From an uncultured Gammaproteobacteria bacterium (lineage in GTDB: Bacteria; Patescibacteriota; Patescibacteriia; Magasanikbacterales; GWA2-37-8), in contig CAZHYJ010000003.1 in assembly GCA_964536725.1 (NCBI GenBank), positions 39,065-103,064 on the forward strand: 64,000 nucleotides of DNA, in the 5' to 3' direction. Below the pieces are notes generated by a model. The model saw only the letters and a program-made list of their open reading frames with translations. It made no database searches and had not been told where the DNA came from. The position numbers and the translations under genes were made by a program. Shown here piece by piece: positions 28,231 to 36,619 of the stretch. Each line of letters starts with the position of its first letter. Position 1 is the first letter of the stretch.

Positions 28231-28438
28231 CTAAACCGCCTAAAAGTAGCATAATAATTATGACAATTTAATGACCTAAACCATTGGGTAAAATCGGTGG
28301 CATGGTCGAAAAACGTATACACACAGAGATGGACTCACCATCTTTGGTATGTGTATGCGTCAATATTCGAAAGGATATTGGGGTCCGAAAGGTCCCGCCA
28401 AAGTATGGTAGTCCTTTTTTGTATATAATTATTTTTTT

Positions 28439-28996
28439 ATGTCTTTCCTAGATTATATTTCGGGCAGAGTCGGTACAATTAACAAACTCAGAGACTTAGT
28501 TTGCGGAAAATACCGAAATCGCATAGACAATGTTTTGTCATCTGGCAATAAAGATGTATCAACTTCACCGGAATTTAGTGTTTGTTTGATGGCCGTTATT
28601 CACACTGAATACATGATACTTAATTCTTTTCAGCCAGATGTTGATTTGTTTATGAAGTATTCAAATAATATTTCTGAACATTATTTTGATGAAATATATA
28701 AAATAATGGTTGTTTGGTTTATCTACCATAATTTTAAACTTTTCCCAGAGACAAAGAATATTGATGAAAAAAAATTCCAAACTTTTTTAGCTTTAATATT
28801 TGAAATACTGCCTGATAAATTTGAATATATCCAAAATAATTTTATCAATTCTGGCAATGACATTGACGGTTATTTTGAACAAATATGTAATTGCATTTCA
28901 GCAAACAAGAACGATTCTATGGCGTTCATTAAATTTTCAAAACTTGCAGCGGAAAGTCACAAAAGTGCATTATCTATTTTAACAAACGGTGTTTAG
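28439..28996 (+). CDS. hypothetical protein
   Basis: 185 aa ORF in the island; no motif recognised. Confidence 0.4.
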   Translation: MSFLDYISGRVGTINKLRDLVCGKYRNRIDNVLSSGNKDVSTSPEFSVCLMAVIHTEYMILNSFQPDVDLFMKYSNNISEHYFDEIYKIMVVWFIYHNFKLFPETKNIDEKKFQTFLALIFEILPDKFEYIQNNFINSGNDIDGYFEQICNCISANKNDSMAFIKFSKLAAESHKSALSILTNGV

Positions 28997-29022
28997 CTTA
29001 GTTGTTTAAATATAATTAGCAT

Positions 29023-30315
29023 ATGAATAAATATCTTAAGTTGCTTCCAATTTTTCTGTTGTTTGGTTTGTTGTTTATAAAACCAGTAAAAGCAACAATG
29101 GCATGCATGGAGGGTGTTCCAGATGTGAACACAATGAATAGCTGGCCACGTGAGCAATTAGATGCGTTCAATAGGCAATTACAGGCCAATTGTCAGCGTG
29201 AAAGAGATGCTATAGCGGCAGAGGCAGAATATCAGGCCAACTTAGTAGAGATAGAGTATCAAGGGTATGTTGATAGTTTTAATATTCACCAGAAGGCGCT
29301 GGATGGTTTAAAAGAAGCTAATCTTGCGTTGTATAATAAATGTCATACTAGTTCTTTGTCTATTTGCATAATAGGGGATAGTGTTACGGACTTATCAAAC
29401 CAATCTTTTGGCCAGTTAAGTGTAATAGTCGCTTCAAAAGTAAATTGCGTGAATGCGATTAATAAATGCATGTCGGCAGAGCAAGACAATACTAAGTATG
29501 ATGCTTTGTGTAAAAATACTCTTGGACCATACGGAGCTTTGGATCGTTTGACTTCTGACACTTATTATTGCAAGTGTATTGGTGGTTATGTGAAATCAAA
29601 TAATCGTTGTGTAGATGTTGCAACGGATAATGATAGTGGTTGTAAAAGTAGATACGGTAATAATAGTTATTTTTTAAAAATCAAAGACGACGGTACGGTG
29701 ACTTGCGATTGCGTTTCGGGTTATAAATGGCAGGGCAATACTTGCGTTAAAGATGTGCCTGTTTTAGCTCCAATAACTGTGACTACGCCAGACCAATTAT
29801 GTCAAAATAAATATGGGCAATTTTCTAAATCTATTTCAAATGTAAATGGTCAAAATATATGCGATTGTTTAGGTGGTTATAGCTGGAATCAAGGTCAGAC
29901 CCAGTGCGTTAAATTAGAAGATAATAAAGTTGTTGATTGTAAGAAAGGTACTGTTGATCGTAGTGGAGTATGTTTGACTCCACAACAAGATTGTGAAAAT
30001 TCCTATGGCCCAGATGCTAAAGCAGTTGAAGATGGTTCCGATTTGGGATATACTTGTCCTGTGGTACCGAAAAATACCAAATCAAAAATTGTCGAAAATC
30101 CACCAGTAGAGAAAATTAAAACGCTTGATATAGAAGTGGTCAAATTGGACAATGGCAACAAAATTGTTTCATCCACAGTGCCACTGTTAACAGATGTAAT
30201 GAATAATATAACAATCACAACACCACCTCAAATAAGTATAGAAAAACCAAAACCGGTAAGTATCTTTTTTAACGCCATAAAATCATTCTTCCGCTCTATT
30301 TTCAGATTAAGATAA
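29023..30315 (+). CDS. secreted cysteine-rich repeat protein (CxC-x2-GY-x-W/K...C modules)
   Basis: Signal peptide; at least three repeats such as YYCKCIGGYVKSNNRCVDV, VTCDCVSGYKWQGNTCVKDV and ICDCLGGYSWNQGQTQCVKL; about 34 Cys. Confidence 0.55.
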   Translation: MNKYLKLLPIFLLFGLLFIKPVKATMACMEGVPDVNTMNSWPREQLDAFNRQLQANCQRERDAIAAEAEYQANLVEIEYQGYVDSFNIHQKALDGLKEANLALYNKCHTSSLSICIIGDSVTDLSNQSFGQLSVIVASKVNCVNAINKCMSAEQDNTKYDALCKNTLGPYGALDRLTSDTYYCKCIGGYVKSNNRCVDVATDNDSGCKSRYGNNSYFLKIKDDGTVTCDCVSGYKWQGNTCVKDVPVLAPITVTTPDQLCQNKYGQFSKSISNVNGQNICDCLGGYSWNQGQTQCVKLEDNKVVDCKKGTVDRSGVCLTPQQDCENSYGPDAKAVEDGSDLGYTCPVVPKNTKSKIVENPPVEKIKTLDIEVVKLDNGNKIVSSTVPLLTDVMNNITITTPPQISIEKPKPVSIFFNAIKSFFRSIFRLR

Positions 30316-30368
30316 TCTGTGGTATAAATAAGCACAGCTTAGTTCACTAATTCCTAGCCACAAACCAT

Positions 30369-31250
30369 ATGAAGCAATTCTTTTTAAATCTGCTAAAATT
30401 AGCCTTCTCTTTTATCACGATAGTGTCTATTATCGCCGTCTGGATGACTCTATCATATTATGTTATTAAAGTTTGCGTACCAGCCTTCTCCGTTGACACA
30501 AGCACCGATACTTCAACGACAGAAACAGTAGAAAGCACCGAAGAAGACTGCAATGTTTACGGTATAAACCTCCACGGTGACGTTATTACATATCACACAC
30601 CCGACTCATTTAATAGCGAAGGTGACCTAATGTTTGACCAAACCTCAGCTGATGTAGTAATGAGGCTTATTACCGAAGCAGAAAATGATGATGATATTAA
30701 ATACGTAATAGTTGAAATATCTTCTTCTGGTGGATCACCAGCCGCTGGTTTTGAAATGATGCAGGCGTTTAGAAGTTCGACCAAGCCAGTAGTTGCGTTT
30801 GCTAGGGATGGTGCTATGTCTGCAGCCTATTTGGCGGCAACAGGGGCACAAACAATATTTGCGTCTCACGCTTCAGATATAGGTTCAATCGGGGTAACGG
30901 CCTCATATCTAGAGAATGTGGAACAAAACAAAAAGGAGGGATTAAAATATATTGATTTAAGTGTTGGAAAATTTAAAGACACAATGAACCCAAACCGCGC
31001 GCTTACCAACGAAGAAAAACAACTAATAATGCGAGACATTGTATTATTGAATGAAAATTTTATAAAAACAGTAGCCGAAAATCGTAAATTAGACATTAAA
31101 AAAGTCCGCCTACTTGCTGATGGATCCACGATGATGGGGGAGGATGCTCTTAAGAATGGTTTGATTGATAAAATCGGGAACTTATATGATGTGGAGGATT
31201 TTGTTAAAGATAAAATAGGGGAGGAAGTAAATATTTGCTGGAAGAATTAA
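30369..31250 (+). CDS. S49-family serine peptidase (signal peptide peptidase SppA-like, ClpP/crotonase fold), membrane anchored
   Basis: N-terminal TM helix; VIVEISSSGGSPAAGFEMMQA...GAMSAAYLAATGAQTIFASHASDIGSIGV matches the SppA Ser/Lys dyad region. Confidence 0.65.
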   Translation: MKQFFLNLLKLAFSFITIVSIIAVWMTLSYYVIKVCVPAFSVDTSTDTSTTETVESTEEDCNVYGINLHGDVITYHTPDSFNSEGDLMFDQTSADVVMRLITEAENDDDIKYVIVEISSSGGSPAAGFEMMQAFRSSTKPVVAFARDGAMSAAYLAATGAQTIFASHASDIGSIGVTASYLENVEQNKKEGLKYIDLSVGKFKDTMNPNRALTNEEKQLIMRDIVLLNENFIKTVAENRKLDIKKVRLLADGSTMMGEDALKNGLIDKIGNLYDVEDFVKDKIGEEVNICWKN

Positions 31251-31428
31251 GTATTAAAAGGGGCTAAATAGCAATAGTTTAGACCTTTTTTATATTATTA
31301 ATTACTTTACTTAACATGGCAATCTTCTGATGGTAATTATCTAACCGGAATTTTTATTAGGTTAGCCGGATCGGTAGTTTACATGTTGGTGCCGCTTATT
31401 TTGAAGGACTTAAAACTTTGGTAGCACT

Positions 31429-31593
31429 ATGATGTCAGATCAAGAATTTAGAAAACATTTACCTAAAGACAAAGAGTGCACTGATGAAGAAGTAAATGAA
31501 TTAAGAAGAGTAATGTATGGCTTGGCAGATCTTGCCTTTGATAAGTGGGTAAAGGAGAAGGGGATTAAGGTTGATAAGTTAAATGCGGAGTAG
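31429..31593 (+). CDS. hypothetical small protein (54 aa)
   Basis: ORF below the track threshold: MMSDQEFRKHLPKDKECTDEEVNELRRVMYGLADLAFDKWVKEKGIKVDKLNAE. Confidence 0.25.
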   Translation: MMSDQEFRKHLPKDKECTDEEVNELRRVMYGLADLAFDKWVKEKGIKVDKLNAE

Positions 31594-31657
31594 TTTGAAT
31601 TTGGTATTGTTTTCTGTTAAACTGCCAGCAGTGTTTAAGCGGTGTTTAAAGTCTAAA

Positions 31658-31729
31658 CATTAGACTAACACTTCAAGAAGTGTCATGGTAATGTTTAGGC
31701 AAAAATGGCTCTGTACAGGGCCATTTTTT
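31658..31729 (+). repeat. attR-like repeat: degenerate copy of the secA 3' end (HFKKCHGNV-stop) plus terminator hairpin, containing the dyad site ACACTTcaagAAGTGT
   Basis: About 85% identical to 21448-21509; hairpin AATGGC...GCCATT plus T-run; upstream perfect inverted repeat AGTCTAA-ACA-TTAGACT at 31649-31665. Confidence 0.6.
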
Positions 31730-31791
31730 AAACTTGACATTCGTCTAATTTCCGTCTATAATACGTCTATAAAGTACTTCATTCAAACCCT

Positions 31792-32823
31792 ATGTTCCAG
31801 CCAAAATACACCATTACACCAAGGTTGTTGGCTAATATCAAAAGAATAGCTGAGTTGGTGGTTGAATTAAACAGCAGACATTTTCCTAAAATTGTCTTAT
31901 TGGATTTCGAAAAAAGAGCCAGAGAAATTTCGGCTCATTCTTCCACCGGCATAGAGGGCAATCCTTTACCCTTAACTGAAGTAAAACGTTTGTTAAAACA
32001 TGCGCCAGAGCGTAGGCGAGATAGTGAGAAAGAAGTATTAAATTACAACAATGCTTTGGAATATTTAAACAGTCTGCTTAATCAGAGTGGTTTTAAATTT
32101 GATTTGAATTTAATTTTGGATATTCAAAAGAAGGTTACCGCTGATTTGATTCACGAATTTCGTTCTGGTAAAATTCGCCAGGAACCGGTGTTTGTAAATA
32201 ATCCCCAAACTCGACGGACGGTTTATTATCCACCAGATCATCAGGATGTTCCAAACATGGTAAGTGATTTGTTGCAATTTACAGCAGTTAACGAAAGCAA
32301 ACTCGATCCGTTGGTGGTAGCTGGTATTTTTCACAAGCAGTTTGTAGTTATTCATCCTTTTGTTGATGGCAACGGACGAACTACTCGTTTGGCCACGAAA
32401 ATGCTTTTAGCCAGAATGGGTTTAAATACTTTTAATCTATTTAGTTTTGAAAATTATTATAACAATAATGTCACTAAATATTTTCAAAATGTTGGTTTAA
32501 TCGGCAACTACTATGATTTAAAAAACGATATTGATTTTACCCTGTGGCTAGAATATTTTACTGATGGTATTATTGATGAGCTCTTAAGAGTCGGTGGAGA
32601 ATTGGTTAAAACAAATATCACACCGGAAAATGAGTTAAAACCTTACCATCAAGAAATATTAAGCTATATCAAGAATAATAATTTTATCAAAGACAGCGAT
32701 TACTCTAAACTTACCAAGCGAGCCAAACCAACAAGGAATTTAGATTTTAGAAAGTTAATTGAGCTTGGTTTAATTGAAAAACAGGGCAAGGGTAAAAGTA
32801 CCTACTATATTTTGAAGAAATAA
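31792..32823 (+). CDS. Fic/Doc-family protein (adenylyltransferase-type Fic domain with C-terminal winged-helix)
   Basis: Canonical HPFVDGNGRTTR active-site motif. Confidence 0.85.
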   Translation: MFQPKYTITPRLLANIKRIAELVVELNSRHFPKIVLLDFEKRAREISAHSSTGIEGNPLPLTEVKRLLKHAPERRRDSEKEVLNYNNALEYLNSLLNQSGFKFDLNLILDIQKKVTADLIHEFRSGKIRQEPVFVNNPQTRRTVYYPPDHQDVPNMVSDLLQFTAVNESKLDPLVVAGIFHKQFVVIHPFVDGNGRTTRLATKMLLARMGLNTFNLFSFENYYNNNVTKYFQNVGLIGNYYDLKNDIDFTLWLEYFTDGIIDELLRVGGELVKTNITPENELKPYHQEILSYIKNNNFIKDSDYSKLTKRAKPTRNLDFRKLIELGLIEKQGKGKSTYYILKK

Positions 32824-32825
32824 TG

Positions 32826-32860
32826 TAAACATTAAATTAACACTTTAAGAAGTGTCATGG
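32826..32860 (+). repeat. third copy of the recombination-site core (taaacattaaattaacactttaagaagtgtcatgg)
   Basis: 33 of 35 nt identical to 31654-31688; carries the dyad ACACTTtaagAAGTGT; with copy 2 it brackets the Fic gene as direct repeats. Confidence 0.55.
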
Positions 32861-32873
32861 GGTGTAAAGCGAT

Positions 32874-33317
32874 ATGGAAGATAAAAAAGATTTGTATTTC
32901 GTCGCGGTTAAAGTCTTTTTGCAAAATAGCGAAGGAAAACTTTTGATTACGAAAGATAAGTTTGGTGATTGGGATATCCCGGGTGGGAGATTGCGTGACA
33001 ATGATTTTAACGTACCTCTTGAGGAGGTTGTCGCTAGAAAGATAAAAGAGGAATTAGGGGAGATTTCATACAAATTGGGTGAGCCCGCCGTTTTTATGCG
33101 TCACGAGCGAGACGAAATCTTGTCGACAGGCGAAAGAGAAAAGCGCAGAATTTTTGCAATTGGTTACAAGGCGGAATATTTGGGTGGCGATTTGAAATTG
33201 GGAGGCAACCATGAAAAGTTAGAATGGGTAGATCTGAATAATTTTATTCCGGAGGATTATTTCACCGGTGGCTGGTTACAAGGGGTGAAAGAGTTTCAAT
33301 TTAAATATGGAAGATAA
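32874..33317 (+). CDS. NUDIX hydrolase
   Basis: Nudix box GGRLRDNDFNVPLEEVVARKIKEELGE. Confidence 0.75.
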   Translation: MEDKKDLYFVAVKVFLQNSEGKLLITKDKFGDWDIPGGRLRDNDFNVPLEEVVARKIKEELGEISYKLGEPAVFMRHERDEILSTGEREKRRIFAIGYKAEYLGGDLKLGGNHEKLEWVDLNNFIPEDYFTGGWLQGVKEFQFKYGR

Positions 33318-33522
33318 AATTAAACAAGGAGTTTACGAGCATTATTCAGGGAAACGTTATCAGTTAGTTGGTGTAGCGAAACACAGTGAGAATTTAGAAG
33401 AATTGGTTGTATACAAAGCTCTCTACGGCGAAGGTCAGATTTGGGTGCGGCCAATTGGTATGTGGTTTGAAGAGGTAGAGTGCGAAGGAAAGAAGATGCC
33501 GCGGTTCAGATTAGTTGAATAA
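33307..33522 (+). CDS. DUF1653-like small protein
   Basis: YEHYSGKRYQLVGVAKHSENLEELVVYKALYGEGQIWVRP fits the DUF1653 pattern as recalled. Confidence 0.45.
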   Translation: MEDKIKQGVYEHYSGKRYQLVGVAKHSENLEELVVYKALYGEGQIWVRPIGMWFEEVECEGKKMPRFRLVE

Positions 33523-33524
33523 TT

Positions 33525-33983
33525 ATGATAAAAAAAATTTTAACACTCGCATTGGTTGTTAAAGAAAATGAAGTTCTTTTAGGGATGAAAAAACGTGGTT
33601 TTGGTATGGGGTGGTGGAATGGGTTTGGTGGTAAGGTAGAGCCGGGAGAAAGTATTGTCGAAGCAGCTAAGCGAGAAATGCGCGAAGAGTCCAATGTAGA
33701 AATAGTTGCGATGGAAGAAATTGGGTTGATTGATTTTTATTTTGTTGGCAATCCGATTCCTTGGGAAGTTCATCTTTTTAAAGTATCGGAATATTCTGGC
33801 GAGCCAGTTGAGTCCGAAGAAATGTTACCGAAGTGGTTTCCACTAGAAAATCCGCCATTTGATAAAATGTGGGCGGACGATCCGGTCTGGTATCCATATT
33901 TTTTAAGAGGCGAACGGTTTAATGCTGAGTTTTGGTTTGATGAGAATAAAAAAGTGGAAAAATTTAATATCGAAAAAATTTAG
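33525..33983 (+). CDS. NUDIX hydrolase (MutT/8-oxo-dGTPase-like)
   Basis: Nudix box GFGGKVEPGESIVEAAKREMREESNV. Confidence 0.75.
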   Translation: MIKKILTLALVVKENEVLLGMKKRGFGMGWWNGFGGKVEPGESIVEAAKREMREESNVEIVAMEEIGLIDFYFVGNPIPWEVHLFKVSEYSGEPVESEEMLPKWFPLENPPFDKMWADDPVWYPYFLRGERFNAEFWFDENKKVEKFNIEKI

Positions 33984-34008
33984 TAGTGTCCGCAGTTTTG
34001 CATATAAA

Positions 34009-34032
34009 ATATCCCGATTTAATTCGGGATAT
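34009..34032. terminator. bidirectional terminator hairpin between convergent genes
   Basis: 9-bp stem ATATCCCGA/TCGGGATAT with 6-nt loop, T-run on both strands. Confidence 0.55.
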
Positions 34033-34050
34033 TTTGTTGCTAATGAGATT

Positions 34051-35454
34051 TTATGTTGTTTTGTGCCGCTTTAATAGGTAGGTTAATATTGGTGGTGTAA
34101 GAAGAGTAGATAATATTACCATGATGATTATGATAGAAAATATTTCATCATTGATAATGTTTAAAGATTTGCCGATCATAGCAAAGATTAGACCGACTTC
34201 GCCGCGTGGTATCATGCCAAATCCTACAATATATTTGTTGACTTTTCCTGCAGCTAAACCGGACACTATTTTTCCAACAAATGCTGTGGCGGTAATCGCC
34301 AGAGCGGTTAGTAATATCGGTAGATTAAACATTGTTTCCAACTTTACATTCATACCAGTAACAACAAAGAAAATCGGGATCAAAAACATTCCGATTGGTT
34401 GTATTAAATCCTCAACATGTCTTTCAGAATGTGGTTCGATAGCGTGTAAAACTTTTGCTTTGTCCTCAGTGTTCAAGTTTGCGGTCGCTTCTTTAACATC
34501 AGCCACTATGTGTGGATCTTTAAAATATGAAAAATGTACTGGATCTAAAACCAATCCCGCCGCAAACGCACCAACAATTGGAGCTAAACCAATTTTTTGC
34601 GCCAAAAATGAAATTATCAGACCGAAGCTGATAGCTAAAGTAAATTTCATGCCTACGCCGGTGTGTATTTTGGCGAATAGTTTACCGAGCTGTGGGGCCA
34701 ATAATTGACCAATGACAATTGATCCGACTAAAAACAAAATTGCTTTGGCTGTGATCCAACCAATCATACCAAGACTTACACCGCCAACTGTCGCGATAGC
34801 TGAAACAATTGCCAGAATAATTAAACCCAGAACGTCGTCGATTACCGCTGCCCCCAAAACAATCTGTGCTTCCGGTATGTGCAACTTTTTTAGATCTTGA
34901 AAAACTCGCGCGGTAATACCGACCGATGTGGCGGTTAGAGCGGCCCCAATGAATAAATAAGCATTGGATGATAGCCCAGGCAAGATCCAGGGGCCAACTA
35001 TATATGCACCCAATACAAATGGCACAACAACACCTACGCAAGCCACCAAAAAGGCGCGCAAACCAACCTGTTTCATTTTTTGAATATTGGATTCCAAACC
35101 GATTTGGAACAACAAAATAACCACACCCAATTCAGATAAAAAAGTGATAATTGAATCTTGTTTGATTGGTTCAAATATCATTATCCCGAGTAGTGCAAGA
35201 TTGCCCATAATGACGCCGATGACAAGTTCGCCCAATACCGATGGTTGTCCAATTTTTTCGACTAAGCTAGAAATTTTTGCCATGATAAGTATGACTGCAA
35301 TCCAGAGAAATGTATAAGCCGCGGAATGTCCTGTGCCGCCGCTGTTTTCTGAGGCAAAGACGAAAGATCCTAAAAACAGAGATGTGATCAAAGAGGCGAT
35401 GACCACATTTTTTAGTTTGATGTTTTTCCAATTGGATAATGACGAAAATTTCAT
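34051..35454 (-). CDS. cation:proton antiporter (CPA/Na+-H+ exchanger family)
   Basis: About 12 TM helices, Gly-rich helices typical of NhaP/Kef-type exchangers. Confidence 0.8.
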   Translation of the reverse strand: MKFSSLSNWKNIKLKNVVIASLITSLFLGSFVFASENSGGTGHSAAYTFLWIAVILIMAKISSLVEKIGQPSVLGELVIGVIMGNLALLGIMIFEPIKQDSIITFLSELGVVILLFQIGLESNIQKMKQVGLRAFLVACVGVVVPFVLGAYIVGPWILPGLSSNAYLFIGAALTATSVGITARVFQDLKKLHIPEAQIVLGAAVIDDVLGLIILAIVSAIATVGGVSLGMIGWITAKAILFLVGSIVIGQLLAPQLGKLFAKIHTGVGMKFTLAISFGLIISFLAQKIGLAPIVGAFAAGLVLDPVHFSYFKDPHIVADVKEATANLNTEDKAKVLHAIEPHSERHVEDLIQPIGMFLIPIFFVVTGMNVKLETMFNLPILLTALAITATAFVGKIVSGLAAGKVNKYIVGFGMIPRGEVGLIFAMIGKSLNIINDEIFSIIIIMVILSTLLTPPILTYLLKRHKTT

Positions 35455-35572
35455 ATTTGTTAGTTAAAAAATAAAGACGGAGATAATTATACCTGTTTTA
35501 TTGTTTTCTTTCAAGACTCTGTTCAAAAGCATGGTGTGTATGTTATAATATTTGAATATAAAAATATAAAAT

Positions 35573-36526
35573 ATGTTTTTTCCTATAATTTTAATCGTCG
35601 TCAGTTTGGTAATTCTAATTTTGGGGGCAGAGGGGTTGGTGCGCGGAGCATCTTCGATTGCCAAGAAGGCTGGCATCTCGTCTTTGGTTATCGGTTTAAC
35701 AGTTGTTGCTTTTGGTACTTCCGCTCCGGAATTGATTGTTAATTTATTTTCTGCCCTTAAAGGTTCTTCAGAAATTGCGATTGGAAATATAGTTGGTAGT
35801 AATATTGCTAACATCTTTTTAATTTTAGGTTTATCGGCAATTATTTATCCACTCTCTGTTAAGAGGAGTACTGTCTGGAAAGAGATCCCGTTTGCTCTTT
35901 TGGCGATGGTCTTGGTCTATACTATGGGTAACGATATGTTTTTTGATGGGGCAAGCTACAACGCTATCACTCGCACTGATGGGTTTGCTTTGATTAGTAT
36001 TTTTATTATCTTCATGTTTTATACTTTTGGGATTGCCAAGAGTGGAGGAGAAGGTGAACAGGTGAGTGCATACAATTGGCCAATTTCTCTTCTCTTAACT
36101 ATTACTGGTTTGGTATTTTTGTTTTTTGGTGGAAAGTTGTTGGTAGACAACGCAGTGATACTGGCTCGTATGGCTGGTTTATCTGAAGCTTTAATTGGTC
36201 TAACAATCGTCGCTGTTGGTACTTCGTTGCCAGAATTAGCGACTTCGTTGGTGGCGGTTTATCATCACCATGACGATATTGCTATCGGTAATATTGTTGG
36301 TTCGAATATTTTTAATGTTTTTTGGATTTTGGGTGCAACTGGTACAATATTACAGTTACCTTTTAATTCAAATGTTAATATTGATGTGCTGGTCGGTATT
36401 TTTGCCACAGTTTTACTTTTTCTTTTTATGTTTGTCGGCTCGCGCCGAAAATTGGATCGTTGGCAAGGTTTTCTTTTTGTGGCTATGTATGCCGCTTATG
36501 TCGTCTATTTGGTTCAAAGGGGCTAA
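35573..36526 (+). CDS. Ca2+/cation antiporter (CaCA family, YrbG-like)
   Basis: Duplicated alpha-repeat motifs GTSAPELIVNL and GTSLPELATSL. Confidence 0.8.
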   Translation: MFFPIILIVVSLVILILGAEGLVRGASSIAKKAGISSLVIGLTVVAFGTSAPELIVNLFSALKGSSEIAIGNIVGSNIANIFLILGLSAIIYPLSVKRSTVWKEIPFALLAMVLVYTMGNDMFFDGASYNAITRTDGFALISIFIIFMFYTFGIAKSGGEGEQVSAYNWPISLLLTITGLVFLFFGGKLLVDNAVILARMAGLSEALIGLTIVAVGTSLPELATSLVAVYHHHDDIAIGNIVGSNIFNVFWILGATGTILQLPFNSNVNIDVLVGIFATVLLFLFMFVGSRRKLDRWQGFLFVAMYAAYVVYLVQRG

Positions 36527-36619
36527 AATTAGCAATAACTTCAGCGGTTTTGCGCCCCTTGCCAAAAAACACAAAAAGAGCTAGAATATACGCGCTTTTA
36601 ACGCTATATTTTTTTATCT

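Larger units (their letters stand above)
21478..31729. mobile_element. integrated element of about 10.2 kb (plasmid/phage-like island) inserted at the secA 3' end, with a large serine recombinase
   Basis: Bounded by imperfect direct repeats that copy the secA C-terminal codons, stop and terminator; holds a recombinase, an ArdC-N-like protein, a SymE-like toxin, a possible annealing protein, a secreted Cys-rich protein and an S49 protease; gene orientation and content differ from the flanking housekeeping genes. Confidence 0.6.

Noticed and set aside
33506-33773. - strand ORFs across the NUDIX/DUF1653 genes
   Set aside because: They are antisense to well-supported + strand genes with Nudix boxes.
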